Below are positions 35,769 to 47,510 of a stretch of 64,000 bases of DNA, piece by piece. The translations under genes and the position numbers were made by a program. Positions within the stretch are counted from its first letter, which is position 1. Each line of letters starts with the position of its first letter. This DNA is from an uncultured Phycisphaerales bacterium (GTDB lineage: Bacteria > Planctomycetota > Phycisphaerae > WQYP01): contig CAIMWO010000077.1 of NCBI GenBank assembly GCA_903845195.1, forward strand, positions 8,230-72,229, in the 5' to 3' direction. Below the pieces are notes generated by a model. The model saw nothing but the letters and a program-made list of their open reading frames with translations, was not told the origin of the DNA and searched no databases.

Positions 35769-35999
35769 TCATGCCGCCGACGTCTGCTCCACCTGTGCTA
35801 TATTCCGCAGCGGAATATAGCGGTTGTTCTCGATGATGTGAGACCGCCCCGGCTTGATGGTGAAGATTTGCAGAGTCGCGCCCTGAATCCAGGCGCAGCC
35901 GGGATCGGCAATCTCGACCACCTCGCCGCTGTTGAGGTGTAGGCGAAGGGGCACAAAAGGGTCGCGTCCGAGGAGTTCACTGAATTGGGTGGGGTTCAT
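35769..35999 (-). CDS. Small hypothetical protein of a type common in planctomycetes
   Basis: GGAG RBS; LLGRDPFVPLRLHLNSGEVVEIADP pattern. Confidence 0.6.
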   Translation of the reverse strand: MNPTQFSELLGRDPFVPLRLHLNSGEVVEIADPGCAWIQGATLQIFTIKPGRSHIIENNRYIPLRNIAQVEQTSAA

Positions 36000-36311
36000 G
36001 CCGTGGTCTCCGTCAACACCGAGTTGAGTCTATGGATAAGTTTACTCCGTCCAGCAGCGGAATCAAAGTCGCTGCAGAGCGTGCGTTCGGTGCGGAGGCC
36101 CATGCCTGCCGAGAGAATGCGTGAGCTTCTGGGCATCATTGCTGGCGCCGTCGTCGTACGGCGCAGGCAGCTTCATCTGGGTGTCGAGGGGAGGAGGGGT
36201 TCACATGGAGAAAAGTGAGTGAGCGGCCGTGGGCAACCTTGACAAAACACCGCCGCACGACGAGCCTGATGGTCGGACACGAGGCCAGTTGTCTCTTTGG
36301 GCAGTACTGCA

Positions 36312-36749
36312 ATGAAGCCGGGTATTCACCTGACCAAGATTTGGTTCGATGACGACATGGTTGAACTAAGAATCGACGTGTCGGACGGATTTTCACTCTT
36401 CTCAAACCAAGTATACGTCGGCTACCCCGATCTTTCGCGTGCTGTTGCCGACCTTGACGTATTCAAACACCAGATTCATGGTGGTCTGGTTGACCTTCGG
36501 TTCGGCGAGTTCGGACCCGAATACGCCAATGGTGCGTTCCATGCGCGGTTTCATTTCGCCAAGCCAGGCGGAAGGTTGTTCATAACTTGCAGGCAGCAGT
36601 CAGATTTCAGTGAGTTCTCGATCATGAAGGTGGCGAGCGAAGCCACTCTGTATTTGCGGACCGAACCCGCCCTGCTCGACCGCTTCATAGACGAACTCAA
36701 GGGGCTCGACGCCAAGACATCTGACGAGGCTTACCTTCAGGGTAATTGA
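36312..36749 (+). CDS. Hypothetical protein
   Basis: 145-aa ORF with globular composition and atypical codon use. Confidence 0.6.
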   Translation: MKPGIHLTKIWFDDDMVELRIDVSDGFSLFSNQVYVGYPDLSRAVADLDVFKHQIHGGLVDLRFGEFGPEYANGAFHARFHFAKPGGRLFITCRQQSDFSEFSIMKVASEATLYLRTEPALLDRFIDELKGLDAKTSDEAYLQGN

Positions 36750-36889
36750 CGGATCGGGCAATTCTGCGAAGTGGAACCCGCCGTGAAGTCTCCCCCCCCG
36801 CCCGCCCGCCCCATTCCCGGTTTAGTTTTGGCATTCAGCCTTCATGCTTCGATTTTCATCGTGTCATTCCCCGGACGCACGCCAATGGA

Positions 36890-36917
36890 AAAGGGAGTCC
36901 CGGTTGGGACTCCCTTT
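36890..36917. terminator. Terminator hairpin after ahcY
   Basis: AAAGGGAGTCCC-GGTT-GGGACTCCCTTT. Confidence 0.75.
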
Positions 36918-36948
36918 GAATGCTGCAACGCTATGAAGGGTTGGGGGC

Positions 36949-38241
<1,293 letters not shown>

Positions 38242-38838
38242 TCAGTTATTGGATGAACAGGCGCCCGGCGCGAGCCAGCGCGACGCAACATATTGACGGA
38301 TTTCGGGCCAGTCTTTGACGCGGTGAACGAGAGGATGGGTGCAGGACTGGTTGTAGGGGGAATCGAGGAGGAGGACGGGGATGCCGACGGAGGCGATTTC
38401 GAGGGCGAACTTGGCGTGATCTTCGATGAAGAAATCGAGTTTACAGTTTTGGGCGGCGACGCCTTTGCCTCCGACAGAGGGGGAACTGATCACGGCTTCG
38501 CAGGGGATGTGATGTTTGGCGAGCCACGCGGTGGCGGAGGGCATCCAGCACTCAGGGCGGCCGGTGATGACGTAGAAAGTCGCTTGGGAAGACCATGACT
38601 GAAGGATTTGGAGGAGGTCATCCAGGGGAGGCTGGGTGTGGATGGCGGATTCGTTTTCGGTGAAGAAGGTGTGGAATTGTTCGTCGGTGAGGGACCACGG
38701 GGAGAGGCGATAGTCGCGGCAGTCTGCGAAGGAGACGGCCGTGCCGAAGCGGGCATTGAGGAGGCGGACGAGAGCGTGGCGCGTCTGCATGAGGGTGTCA
38801 TCAAAATCGAGGCCGATGCGGAGGGGGCGTGGGCTCAT
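38242..38838 (-). CDS. HAD-superfamily 5'(3')-nucleotidase-like protein
   Basis: IGLDFDDTL, ITGRP, FIEDH, PYNQ..RVKDW. Confidence 0.78.
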   Translation of the reverse strand: MSPRPLRIGLDFDDTLMQTRHALVRLLNARFGTAVSFADCRDYRLSPWSLTDEQFHTFFTENESAIHTQPPLDDLLQILQSWSSQATFYVITGRPECWMPSATAWLAKHHIPCEAVISSPSVGGKGVAAQNCKLDFFIEDHAKFALEIASVGIPVLLLDSPYNQSCTHPLVHRVKDWPEIRQYVASRWLAPGACSSNN

Positions 38839-39851
38839 GTGGGGACCTCCGCGCGAAGGGCGAAGAGGTCGGGGACGGCGACCTGGCCGACTTTGGAGCG
38901 GGCGGTCTTAGGTGACAGGGGATGCCAGCGGGGGGTGATGAAGCCAGCCTGGGTGAGCCATGATTCCAGTTGCGACTGCGAAAAACCCATCCAGCGGTGA
39001 TTGAGTTTTTCACGGAACATGACGACATTGTGGGGCTGGAGGTCGATGATGAGGATGGTGCCGCCGGGGCGGAGGATGCGCTGGACTTCGCGGAGAGCGG
39101 CGGCGGGATCGGGCAGGTAGGCAAGGACGAGTGCGGCCAGGGCGATGTCGACGGTTTGATCTTCGATGGGGAGATGTTCGATACCCCCCTGCCGGAGCTC
39201 GACGTTGGCGAGTTGCTGTTCTTTGACGCGGGTTTTGGCGCCTTTGAGCATGGCGGGCGAGGGGTCGACGGCGATGACTTGTTTTACGTGGGGGGCGATG
39301 AGGGGAAGCATGACGCCGGTGCCGGTGCCAAGGTCGGCGACGGTCCAGGCGGGATTCATGAGGCAGAGAAGGGATTCGAGATGGAAGGTGTCGCCGAACC
39401 ATTGGGCGCGGAGGGCATCCCATTGCGGGGCGTGCTTGCCGAAGAATTTTTCGGTCATGGATTCGCGCTGGCGGAGGACGTGGGCGAGGCGCTGGGCGTC
39501 GGTGCGGGCCAGGGGATCGCGTTCGAGGTGCTGGCGGGCGAGCGTGCGAAGCTGGCGGAGTGAATTTTGGGAGGCGGCGTCGGTGAGGCGGTAGAGCATG
39601 GAGGTGCCGTCGCGGGTGGCCTCGGTCATGCGGGCGTCAGTGAGGGTCTTGAGGTGCCGGGAGACAGTGGATTGGGGAAGCTTGAGGACTTCAGCGAGTT
39701 CGCCGACGGAAAGACCGAGTTGCGCCTGCTGCTCGAGAAGGCGTATAATCCGGAGCCGGATCGGATCGGCGAGGGTACGCAGAAGGTCGATCAGGTGATC
39801 CGCGGAATAATCAGCGGAGGCGGAAGTTGTCTCTGGCAATGATCCGTTCAT
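38835..39851 (-). CDS. ArsR HTH plus SAM-methyltransferase-fold regulator (SahR-like)
   Basis: LADPIRLRI, VGELAEVL, QSTVSRHL; VADLGTGTG; HRWMGFS; lies upstream of ahcY; start MNGSL chosen. Confidence 0.85.
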   Translation of the reverse strand: MNGSLPETTSASADYSADHLIDLLRTLADPIRLRIIRLLEQQAQLGLSVGELAEVLKLPQSTVSRHLKTLTDARMTEATRDGTSMLYRLTDAASQNSLRQLRTLARQHLERDPLARTDAQRLAHVLRQRESMTEKFFGKHAPQWDALRAQWFGDTFHLESLLCLMNPAWTVADLGTGTGVMLPLIAPHVKQVIAVDPSPAMLKGAKTRVKEQQLANVELRQGGIEHLPIEDQTVDIALAALVLAYLPDPAAALREVQRILRPGGTILIIDLQPHNVVMFREKLNHRWMGFSQSQLESWLTQAGFITPRWHPLSPKTARSKVGQVAVPDLFALRAEVPT

Positions 39852-39915
39852 CCGGATAGAATGATATATGTTGGACGCGCAAGATGCAAGAAGTAAGACG
39901 CAAGAAGGGCTTGTC

Positions 39916-40962
39916 ATGTATCCGTTGAAGTTTCAGCCGGTGTTTCAGAAGCGAATTTGGGGTGGGCAGAGGCTGCGCACGATTCTGGGCAAGGCATTGC
40001 CGGTGGAGTTGCAGCGGGACGCGGTGGGCGAGTCGTGGGAGCTGGCGGATTTGCCGCCGGGGACGGTGAAGGCGGATTCGGCGGGCGGGGCGGCGGATGG
40101 ATCGATGTCGAGCGTGATCACGAATGGTCCGCTGGCGGGCAAGACGCTGCACGAAGTGCTGGGAAATTCAGAATTCAGAATTCAGAATTCAGAATTGGCG
40201 TATTTTCCGCTGCTGGTGAAATTTTTGGATGCGGCGCAGGATCTTTCGGTGCAGGTGCATCCGGACGAGGCTTATGTGAAGACGCATCCGGATGCGGCGC
40301 TCAAGAGCGAGTGCTGGTACATCCTGCATGCGGAGCCGGGGGCGAAGATCTATAAAGGATTGAAGGCGGGGGTGACGAAAGAGCAGTTCCGGGCGGCGTT
40401 GGAGAAGGGGCAGGTGGAGCCGCTGCTGAATGCGATCAAGGTGCGGCCGGGGGATTGTCATTATTTGAAGAGCGGAACTGTGCATGCGCTGGGGGCGGGG
40501 ATATTGGCGGCGGAAGTGCAGACGCCGTCGGATACGACTTTTCGCGTTTTCGATTGGAACCGGCTGGGACCGGACGGGAAGCCGCGGAAGTTGCATATAG
40601 AGGAAGCGCTGAGCTGCATTCATTTTGGACCGGAAGAATCGGCCGCGGCGGGCGGACAGAAGTCGCATGTGGCGAGTCTATTTACGACGGTAACGCGGCT
40701 GGTGACGTGCGATTACTTTACGCTGGAACGGGTGCGGATGTCGCAGGATATGGAACAGGATATTCCGTACAGCGAGCCGGTGGTGTGGATCGTGCTGGAG
40801 GGCCAGGGCGTGATCAACGTGGAAGGGCACCCCCCTACCGCATTCGTACGCGGCGATACGATGCTGCTGCCGGCATCGATGAAGCAGGCGAAGATCAAGA
40901 CGGTAACGGATTGTGCGTGGTTGGAGGCGCGGTTACCGGGCGGCGTCGCCGAACCGAATTAG
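39916..40962 (+). CDS. manA: Type I phosphomannose isomerase
   Basis: RIWGG, GESWE, FPLLVKFLDA..LSVQVHP, KSECWY, GTVHA, EVQTPSDTTFR. Confidence 0.88.
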   Translation: MYPLKFQPVFQKRIWGGQRLRTILGKALPVELQRDAVGESWELADLPPGTVKADSAGGAADGSMSSVITNGPLAGKTLHEVLGNSEFRIQNSELAYFPLLVKFLDAAQDLSVQVHPDEAYVKTHPDAALKSECWYILHAEPGAKIYKGLKAGVTKEQFRAALEKGQVEPLLNAIKVRPGDCHYLKSGTVHALGAGILAAEVQTPSDTTFRVFDWNRLGPDGKPRKLHIEEALSCIHFGPEESAAAGGQKSHVASLFTTVTRLVTCDYFTLERVRMSQDMEQDIPYSEPVVWIVLEGQGVINVEGHPPTAFVRGDTMLLPASMKQAKIKTVTDCAWLEARLPGGVAEPN

Positions 40963-40973
40963 CGAGAGTTTGA

Positions 40974-41079
40974 TTTCACCACCAAGGCACCAAGACACTA
41001 AGATTTTTTTAGAAAGGATTTGCATCACTATTATTCGAGACCCATGATTTCTTGGTGTCTTTGTGTCTTGGTGGTGAAA
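40974..41079. repeat. 30-bp imperfect inverted repeat made of CACCAAG-type units
   Basis: TTTCACCACCAAGGCACCAAGACACTAAGA ... TCTTGGTGTCTTTGTGTCTTGGTGGTGAAA. Confidence 0.8.
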
Positions 41080-41086
41080 ACAACGT

Positions 41087-42208
41087 ATGAAGATTCGATT
41101 GCAACGATTCATGGCGGACTGTGGCGTGGCGTCGCGGCGGGAGTGCGAGTCGCTGATTCAGCAGGGGCGGGTGCGCGTCAATGGCGAGGCACGGTCGGTG
41201 ATGCCGGTGCTGATCGATCCGACGAAGGACATCATTACGGTCGATGGCGAATCGCTGGGCAAGGGACACGGCGAGGAGGGGACCGTCAGCGATGCGCTGA
41301 AGGAACAGGGGAAAGTCTACTATCTGCTCAACAAGCCCAAGGGAATTCTAGTGACGAATTATGATCCGTCGCAGCGGAAGACGGTCAGCGAGCTGATGAC
41401 GGGCGTGAAGGAACGCACGTTTCCGGTGGGTCGCCTGGACATGGATAGCCGCGGTGCGCTGATCATGACCAATGATGGGGAGCTGGCCAATCGCCTGACG
41501 CATCCGCGGTTTGGGATTGAAAAGACGTACATCGTGGAAGTGGATGGGCGCGTGGGGCATGACGATTTGGAGAAGATCAAGCGCGGGGTGTGGCTGGGAC
41601 CGGAGCGGAAGGGCTTGCAGGGAGCGGTGAAGACGGAGCGATTTCGCATCGCGGTCCTGGGTCGCGAGCGCGGGCGCACCATCATGGAAGTGCAGATTTC
41701 CGAAGCGAAGAACAGCGAGATTCGGCGCGTGATGGCGAGCCTGGGGCATGTCGTGCGCGATCTGAACCGGGTTTCGATTGCGGAAAAGATCACGCTGAAG
41801 GGTTTGAAGGTCGGGGACTTCCGGGCGCTCACGGAGCAGGAAGTGAAGTGGCTGTACAAGGCGAGTTCGCCGGAGTTCCACAACACGAAGCGTGCGGCGA
41901 CGCAATCGTGGTATGAGGCCAAGGAGATGGAGAAGGAGCGCAAGAGATTGGCGCGCGAGGCGGCGGAGCAACCGCGGAAGAAGGCTGTGACGCCGGTGGC
42001 CAAAACGCCGTCGCACGAGAAGAAGGAATATCGTCCGCGTCCGCAGCGGAAGGGGAAGAAACCGTTTGTGCCGCCGACGGGGCGGAATGCGGGCAAGCCG
42101 CTGGGCGGGAATTTTCTGGGCCGCCAGCGGTTGGGGATCGACGAGCATGGTGAGAGCCAGATTCGAGTGGAGCATCCGCTGGGCGATGCGGCGAAATCGG
42201 ACGAATGA
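41087..42208 (+). CDS. RsuA/RluB-family rRNA pseudouridine synthase with basic C-terminal tail
   Basis: S4 domain RLQRFMADCGVASRR, LNKPKG, PVGRLD, LMTNDGELANRLTHP. Confidence 0.9.
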   Translation: MKIRLQRFMADCGVASRRECESLIQQGRVRVNGEARSVMPVLIDPTKDIITVDGESLGKGHGEEGTVSDALKEQGKVYYLLNKPKGILVTNYDPSQRKTVSELMTGVKERTFPVGRLDMDSRGALIMTNDGELANRLTHPRFGIEKTYIVEVDGRVGHDDLEKIKRGVWLGPERKGLQGAVKTERFRIAVLGRERGRTIMEVQISEAKNSEIRRVMASLGHVVRDLNRVSIAEKITLKGLKVGDFRALTEQEVKWLYKASSPEFHNTKRAATQSWYEAKEMEKERKRLAREAAEQPRKKAVTPVAKTPSHEKKEYRPRPQRKGKKPFVPPTGRNAGKPLGGNFLGRQRLGIDEHGESQIRVEHPLGDAAKSDE

Positions 42209-42232
42209 TCAGAAGTTGAAAGTGGAGCCTGC

Positions 42233-45200
42233 ATGTCATTGGATTTGAAACAAGTCCACGAGTTCAAGACGCTGGAGAAGTATCTGGGGGATCGGCGTTT
42301 TTCGCACCCGATGAGGGTGGGCGATTCGCCGTTCCTGGATCTGCTGCAGAAGCGCGTGATGATATTTGACGGCGGGATGGGGACGCAGATTTTTACGTTC
42401 AACCTGTCGCTCAAGGATTTCTGGGACAAGGAGAACTGCACGGACGTGCTGGTGCTGTCGCGTCCGGATGTGATCGAGGAGATTCATCACCGGTATTTTC
42501 TGGCCGGCGCGGACACGGTGGAGACCGATACGTTCGGGGCAAACAAGGTGGTGCTGGCGGAGTTTGGGCTGGCGGACAAGGCCTACGAACTGAACAAGAA
42601 GGCTGTGGAGTTGGCGCGGCAGGCGGCACGGCGTGCGGGCAAGACGCCGGGCGTCGATGCGTTTGTGGCGGGATCGATGGGGCCGGGGACCAAGGCGGTC
42701 ACGCTGGGGCACATTGAGTATGACACGCTGCTGGAGTCGTATACCGAGCAGGCGCTGGGACTGATCGACGGCGGGGCCGATGCGCTGCTGGTGGAGACGC
42801 AATTTGATTTGAATGTCGCCAAGATTGCGGCGACGGCGTGCCTGGATGCGATGCGTCAGCGGGACAAGCGGATTCCGTTGATGGTGCAGGTGACGATGGA
42901 GACGACGGGCACGATGCTGCTCGGAACCGAGATGGCTGCGGCGATTGCGACGCTGGAGGCGTTGCCGATCGACGTGCTGGGGATGAACTGTGCGACGGGT
43001 CCGGAACTGATGCGCCAGCATGTGGAGGTGCTCAGCAACACGTGCACGCGGTATCTGAGCGTGCAACCGAACGCGGGACTGCCGGTGCTGCACGAGGGGC
43101 ATACGCACTTTCCGCTTTCGGCGGAGGAGTTGGCCAAGGCGCACGTCGATTTCGTGCAGACTTTCGGCATCAACATCGCGGGCGGATGCTGCGGGACGAC
43201 GCCGGCGCATATCAAGCTGGTGGCCGAAGCGTTGAAGGGGATCAAGCCCAAGGCGCGGGAAGCGTTTGGCCGGAAGGTTACGGCGGGCAATGCGGTGACG
43301 GCATCGCTCTATTCGGCGGTCAATGCGCGGCAGGATCTTTCGATTCTGATCATTGGGGAGCGGACGAATACGAATGGGTCGAAGAAGTTTAAGGAAGCGA
43401 TTATCGCGGGCGATCTGGATACCTGCGCGGCGATGGGCCGCGAACAGGTGAAGGAAGGCTCGCATGTGGTCGATGTGTGCATCGATTACGTGGGGCGAGA
43501 TGGTGTGCCGGACATGACATGGGTGGTGCAGCGGTTCGCCAAGGATGTGACCGCCCCGCTGATGATCGACTCCACGCAGTTGGATGTGATCGAGGCGGGG
43601 TTAAAGGCGGCGCCGGGCAAGTGCATCGTGAACTCGATCAATCTGGAGGATGGCGAGGAAAAACTGGCCAAGATGTGCTATCTGCTGAAGCGCTACGGGG
43701 CAGGCGTGGTTGCGGGCACGATCGATGAAGACAAGATCGAGGCGATGGGCAAGACGGCGGACCGCAAGATTGCGATCGCGCGGCGGCTTTATGCGATGCT
43801 GACGGAGAAATACGGAATCCCTGAGACCGACATTTATTTTGATCCGCTCATTTTTCCGGTGGTCACGGGGCAGGAGGAAGTGCGCCGGCTGGCGATTGAA
43901 ACGCTGGAGGGCATCCGGCGCATCAGCGCGGAATTCCCGAATTGCCACACGACGCTGGGGCTTTCCAATGTGTCATTCGGGCTGAAGCCGTACGCGCGGC
44001 TGGTCATTAACTCGGCGTTCTTCAATGAGTGCGTGAAGGCGGGGCTGACTTCGGCGATCGTGCATGCCAGCAAGATTTTGCCGCAGAATAAGATCAATCC
44101 GGAGCATTATCAGTGGGCGCTCGACCTGATTTACGACCGGTCGCGCGAGGGATACAGCCCATTAGGGCTGCTTTCGACGCTGGGCGATGAACGCAAGGCG
44201 GTCGATGCAGGCGAGAATGAGAAGCGGCCGATCGAAGAGAAGCTGAAGCATCACATCATCGACGGCGACAAGCAGAAGTTGATCGAGCATCTTGAGGAGG
44301 CACGTGCGAAGTACAAGCCGCTGGACATCATTAACGATCACCTGTTGGCGGGGATGAAGGTGGTCGGCGAGTTGTTTGGCTCGGGGCAGATGCAGTTGCC
44401 GTTTGTGCTGCAATCGGCGGAAGTGATGAAGGCCGCAGTGGCGCATCTTGAGAAGTACATGGAGAAGGTGGACGGGCAGAGCCGGGGCAAGCTGGTGCTG
44501 GCGACGGTCAAGGGGGATGTGCACGACATCGGGAAGAACCTGGTCGACATCATCCTGACGAATAACGGATTCACGGTATACAACCTGGGCATCAAGCAGC
44601 CGATCGCGAACGTGATTGCCAAGGTGAAAGAGGTCGGGGCCGATGCGGTGGGGCTTTCGGGGTTGCTGGTGAAATCGACGCTGGTGATGCGGGACGATCT
44701 GCAGGAGCTGAATCGGTTGAATCTGAATTTCCCGGTCATCCTGGGCGGTGCGGCACTGACGCGCAAGTATGTGGAGGCGGATCTGCGCGGCATCTACCGC
44801 GGGCCGCTGTTTTATGGCAAGGATGCGTTCGAAGGCCTGCACGTCATGGATGCCATTTGCACGGGGAAGACCAAGGACGTGCTGGTGGCATCGGGTGTCG
44901 GGGAAGAGCGTGCAGCGGCGTATTGCGGCGGCGGGCTGGCGGCGGTGCCAATTCAGAATTCAGAATTCGGAATTCAGAATGATGGGGCTTCGACTGCGGA
45001 GTATGCGGTATCGGATATTCTCAGAGCGGCGCCGGTTCCTGCGCCGCCGTTCCTGGGGACGCGTGTCGTCAAAGATATCCCGGTTGAGCAGTTGTTTCCG
45101 TACATTGATGAGGTGGCGCTATTCCGCGGTCAGTGGCAGTTCAAGTCGGGCAACAAATCGCGCGATGATTTCCGCCAGTGGACGGAGGAAACGGTTCGGC

Positions 45201-45829
45201 CGATTTTCAATCGCATCAAGCAGCAGGTCGTGGATCTGAAGATTCTTCATCCTGCCGCGGTCTATGGTTACTTTCTGTGTAATGCGGATAAGAACGATTT
45301 GGTCATTTATGAAGATGACGGGAAGACGGAGAAGCTTCGCTTCAGTTTCCCCCGCCAGGCGGACAAGAAGCGGTGGTGCCTTTCTGATTTCTTCCGGCCG
45401 GTGGAATCGGGCGTGAAGGATGTGGCGGCGTTTACGTGCGTTTCGGTCGGTTCGGATATTTCGCCGTACGAGAATGCGTTGCGGGAGAAGGGGGAGTATC
45501 AGGAATATCTGTACATGCACGGCATCGGCGTGCAGATGGCCGAGGCGCTGGCGGAATTCTGGCACAAGCGGGTGCGGCAGGAATTGGGCATTGCCACGGC
45601 CGACGGCCCGACGATGCGCGACCTGTTTGCCTGCCGGTATCAGGGGTGCCGCTATAGCTTTGGATATCCGGCATGTCCGGAACTCGAAGATGAGATCAAG
45701 CTGTTCAAGTTGCTCGATCCAGCGCGGATTGGCTGCGAGTTGACGGAGAATTTCTTCATCACGCCGGAGCAGTCGACGTCCGCGTTGATCGTGCATCACG
45801 CGCAAGCCAAGTACTTCAACGTGGTCTGA
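42233..45829 (+). CDS. metH: Cobalamin-dependent methionine synthase
   Basis: FDGGMGT, GMNCATG, GGCCGTTP, IGERTN, DVHDIGKN, RYSFGYPACP. Confidence 0.97.
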   Translation: MSLDLKQVHEFKTLEKYLGDRRFSHPMRVGDSPFLDLLQKRVMIFDGGMGTQIFTFNLSLKDFWDKENCTDVLVLSRPDVIEEIHHRYFLAGADTVETDTFGANKVVLAEFGLADKAYELNKKAVELARQAARRAGKTPGVDAFVAGSMGPGTKAVTLGHIEYDTLLESYTEQALGLIDGGADALLVETQFDLNVAKIAATACLDAMRQRDKRIPLMVQVTMETTGTMLLGTEMAAAIATLEALPIDVLGMNCATGPELMRQHVEVLSNTCTRYLSVQPNAGLPVLHEGHTHFPLSAEELAKAHVDFVQTFGINIAGGCCGTTPAHIKLVAEALKGIKPKAREAFGRKVTAGNAVTASLYSAVNARQDLSILIIGERTNTNGSKKFKEAIIAGDLDTCAAMGREQVKEGSHVVDVCIDYVGRDGVPDMTWVVQRFAKDVTAPLMIDSTQLDVIEAGLKAAPGKCIVNSINLEDGEEKLAKMCYLLKRYGAGVVAGTIDEDKIEAMGKTADRKIAIARRLYAMLTEKYGIPETDIYFDPLIFPVVTGQEEVRRLAIETLEGIRRISAEFPNCHTTLGLSNVSFGLKPYARLVINSAFFNECVKAGLTSAIVHASKILPQNKINPEHYQWALDLIYDRSREGYSPLGLLSTLGDERKAVDAGENEKRPIEEKLKHHIIDGDKQKLIEHLEEARAKYKPLDIINDHLLAGMKVVGELFGSGQMQLPFVLQSAEVMKAAVAHLEKYMEKVDGQSRGKLVLATVKGDVHDIGKNLVDIILTNNGFTVYNLGIKQPIANVIAKVKEVGADAVGLSGLLVKSTLVMRDDLQELNRLNLNFPVILGGAALTRKYVEADLRGIYRGPLFYGKDAFEGLHVMDAICTGKTKDVLVASGVGEERAAAYCGGGLAAVPIQNSEFGIQNDGASTAEYAVSDILRAAPVPAPPFLGTRVVKDIPVEQLFPYIDEVALFRGQWQFKSGNKSRDDFRQWTEETVRPIFNRIKQQVVDLKILHPAAVYGYFLCNADKNDLVIYEDDGKTEKLRFSFPRQADKKRWCLSDFFRPVESGVKDVAAFTCVSVGSDISPYENALREKGEYQEYLYMHGIGVQMAEALAEFWHKRVRQELGIATADGPTMRDLFACRYQGCRYSFGYPACPELEDEIKLFKLLDPARIGCELTENFFITPEQSTSALIVHHAQAKYFNVV

Positions 45830-45882
45830 AACGCGATCATTGAGAAGCAAGAATCAAGAAGCATTGAAGCAATACAAAACAT

Positions 45883-45912
45883 CGAGGCCCGCAGCGTATG
45901 CTGCGGGCCTCG
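45883..45912. terminator. Hairpin between convergent metH and PEP-CTERM genes
   Basis: CGAGGCCCGCAGC-GTAT-GCTGCGGGCCTCG. Confidence 0.7.
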
Positions 45913-45945
45913 GGTGATGATTACATAATCACTATGAGAGACTGA

Positions 45946-46704
45946 TCAGCGACGACGACGGGCCAGTAGGCCGATCGCGCCGAGACTCAACAGGCCCAGG
46001 GACGCGGGTTCAGGAACGCCGCCACCCGGGGGCGCACAATCCGTGCAGGGGATAAAGATGGAGAAATCTTTCTTGTGAATGTCAGCTGCACTGTCCAAAT
46101 CGAGGGCGCTGGCCGCCAGAATATTGTTCACGTCAACGGTGTACTGGCTGTAGGCCTTCGAGAAGCCATTCACGTCGGCGCTGCCGACCCATGAACCGTC
46201 CGCATTGAAGGTGGCGACGATGTTAGAGTTCTTTTGTTCCGTGAATTGGCCATTGATGGCATTGACAACGAATTGAGCCCCAGTGGCTTGTACCTGGCCG
46301 TTGCCGACGGTCTCAAAGTGACCACCTTCCTGAAGCAGCAATTCCAGATCGACGGGCGAGCTGGTTGTGATCGTGAACTTGATGTGAGCATCGAGTTGTT
46401 CCACGGAAGTATTATCAAACGCCGGGAAAGCCGTCGCGCCAAACTTAGAGAAGCTGGCCGTCGGGAAGGTGATATTGAGCCCGCCTGCGACGGCGACGAC
46501 CACGGGAGTGCCGTAAAGCGGGGGCGGGACAGTCACGAGCGCGGTGCCCGGCGGGCTGAAGGTGGTCTCGGTCAGCGTGCCGTCTTCGCTGACGAAGTTG
46601 ACGGCGTAGGTAATCGCGGCCTGGGCAGCGCTGGCGCTCATAAAAGCGACGGCCGCGGCTGCCAAGCCCAACAGGGCCTTGGAACGTTTGGATACGAATT
46701 CCAT
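45946..46704 (-). CDS. PEP-CTERM sorting-domain protein
   Basis: GGGAGAG upstream of MEFVSKR; signal ending AQA; VPEPASLGLLSLGAIGLLARRRR. Confidence 0.88.
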   Translation of the reverse strand: MEFVSKRSKALLGLAAAAVAFMSASAAQAAITYAVNFVSEDGTLTETTFSPPGTALVTVPPPLYGTPVVVAVAGGLNITFPTASFSKFGATAFPAFDNTSVEQLDAHIKFTITTSSPVDLELLLQEGGHFETVGNGQVQATGAQFVVNAINGQFTEQKNSNIVATFNADGSWVGSADVNGFSKAYSQYTVDVNNILAASALDLDSAADIHKKDFSIFIPCTDCAPPGGGVPEPASLGLLSLGAIGLLARRRR

Positions 46705-47510
46705 CTCTCTCTCCCTAAAAAAACAATACGCATCGGCAGCGTAACGCGCGCTGTACCGCATTCATTCCGAACATGATTAATAACTGATCGGCCATCGCCA
46801 ACCATCCGCATGAATCATGAATCACGCAGGACGCGACCGAAGTTTCATCCGGTCTCAGTCACTTCCCAAATTGTCTGAATGATTCCAAACGCAAGGCAGG
46901 TCTCTCTCTCCCTCCTTGCCTCCGCGCGCCACTAACTCGCGCGCGGTGGAATCGTCTCTCAAATGATCCGGTCTCAAATATAGCGTGTGTTCAAGTGTCT
47001 CTCTCCCGGCGAGAATTTGGTCACATCACAAAGTCGATGACCGAATACAGAATGAATAATATCACCAAAATGGGGTGATTCAATCGGAATCTCAAAAACT
47101 TGTTTGTTACGGCCATGCGGGAATTGCCAGCATAATCGATCAGGATGCGGTTCGTGGTTACGAAGAACGGTTAACAATCTGGAAAATTGTCCGAAATCAG
47201 CGGGCTATTGGGGTTAATATGGGTCCACAAAAAAGAACTGCATTGCGAAATCTCTGCTCACTATACCGATGGACATAGGCAGAAAAACCTTTCGTTAAGG
47301 TCTGGTTGGGATCTTTGAATAGCCGCGTCGTTGAGAGAATCTGTGCTTTATGACTGGCACGTTGCTGCGGCGGCTCAGTGCTGGTCGCGAACCCAATGCT
47401 GATCCCGTACCACGTGGGCCGGGGCTGCATGTGCGTGAGCTACACCCTATGGGCTGCAGGCTATAACATGTGTACGTTCTGGTTGTAAAGACGATGTTTG
47501 GAGTTGGTGC

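Noticed and set aside
36190..36312. Integron attC site before the 36312 ORF
   Set aside because: No convincing RYYYAAC/GTTRRRY pair and no integron integrase.
42208..42233. SAM or cobalamin riboswitch for metH
   Set aside because: The gap is only 24 nt, and no recognisable aptamer precedes ahcY or its regulator either.
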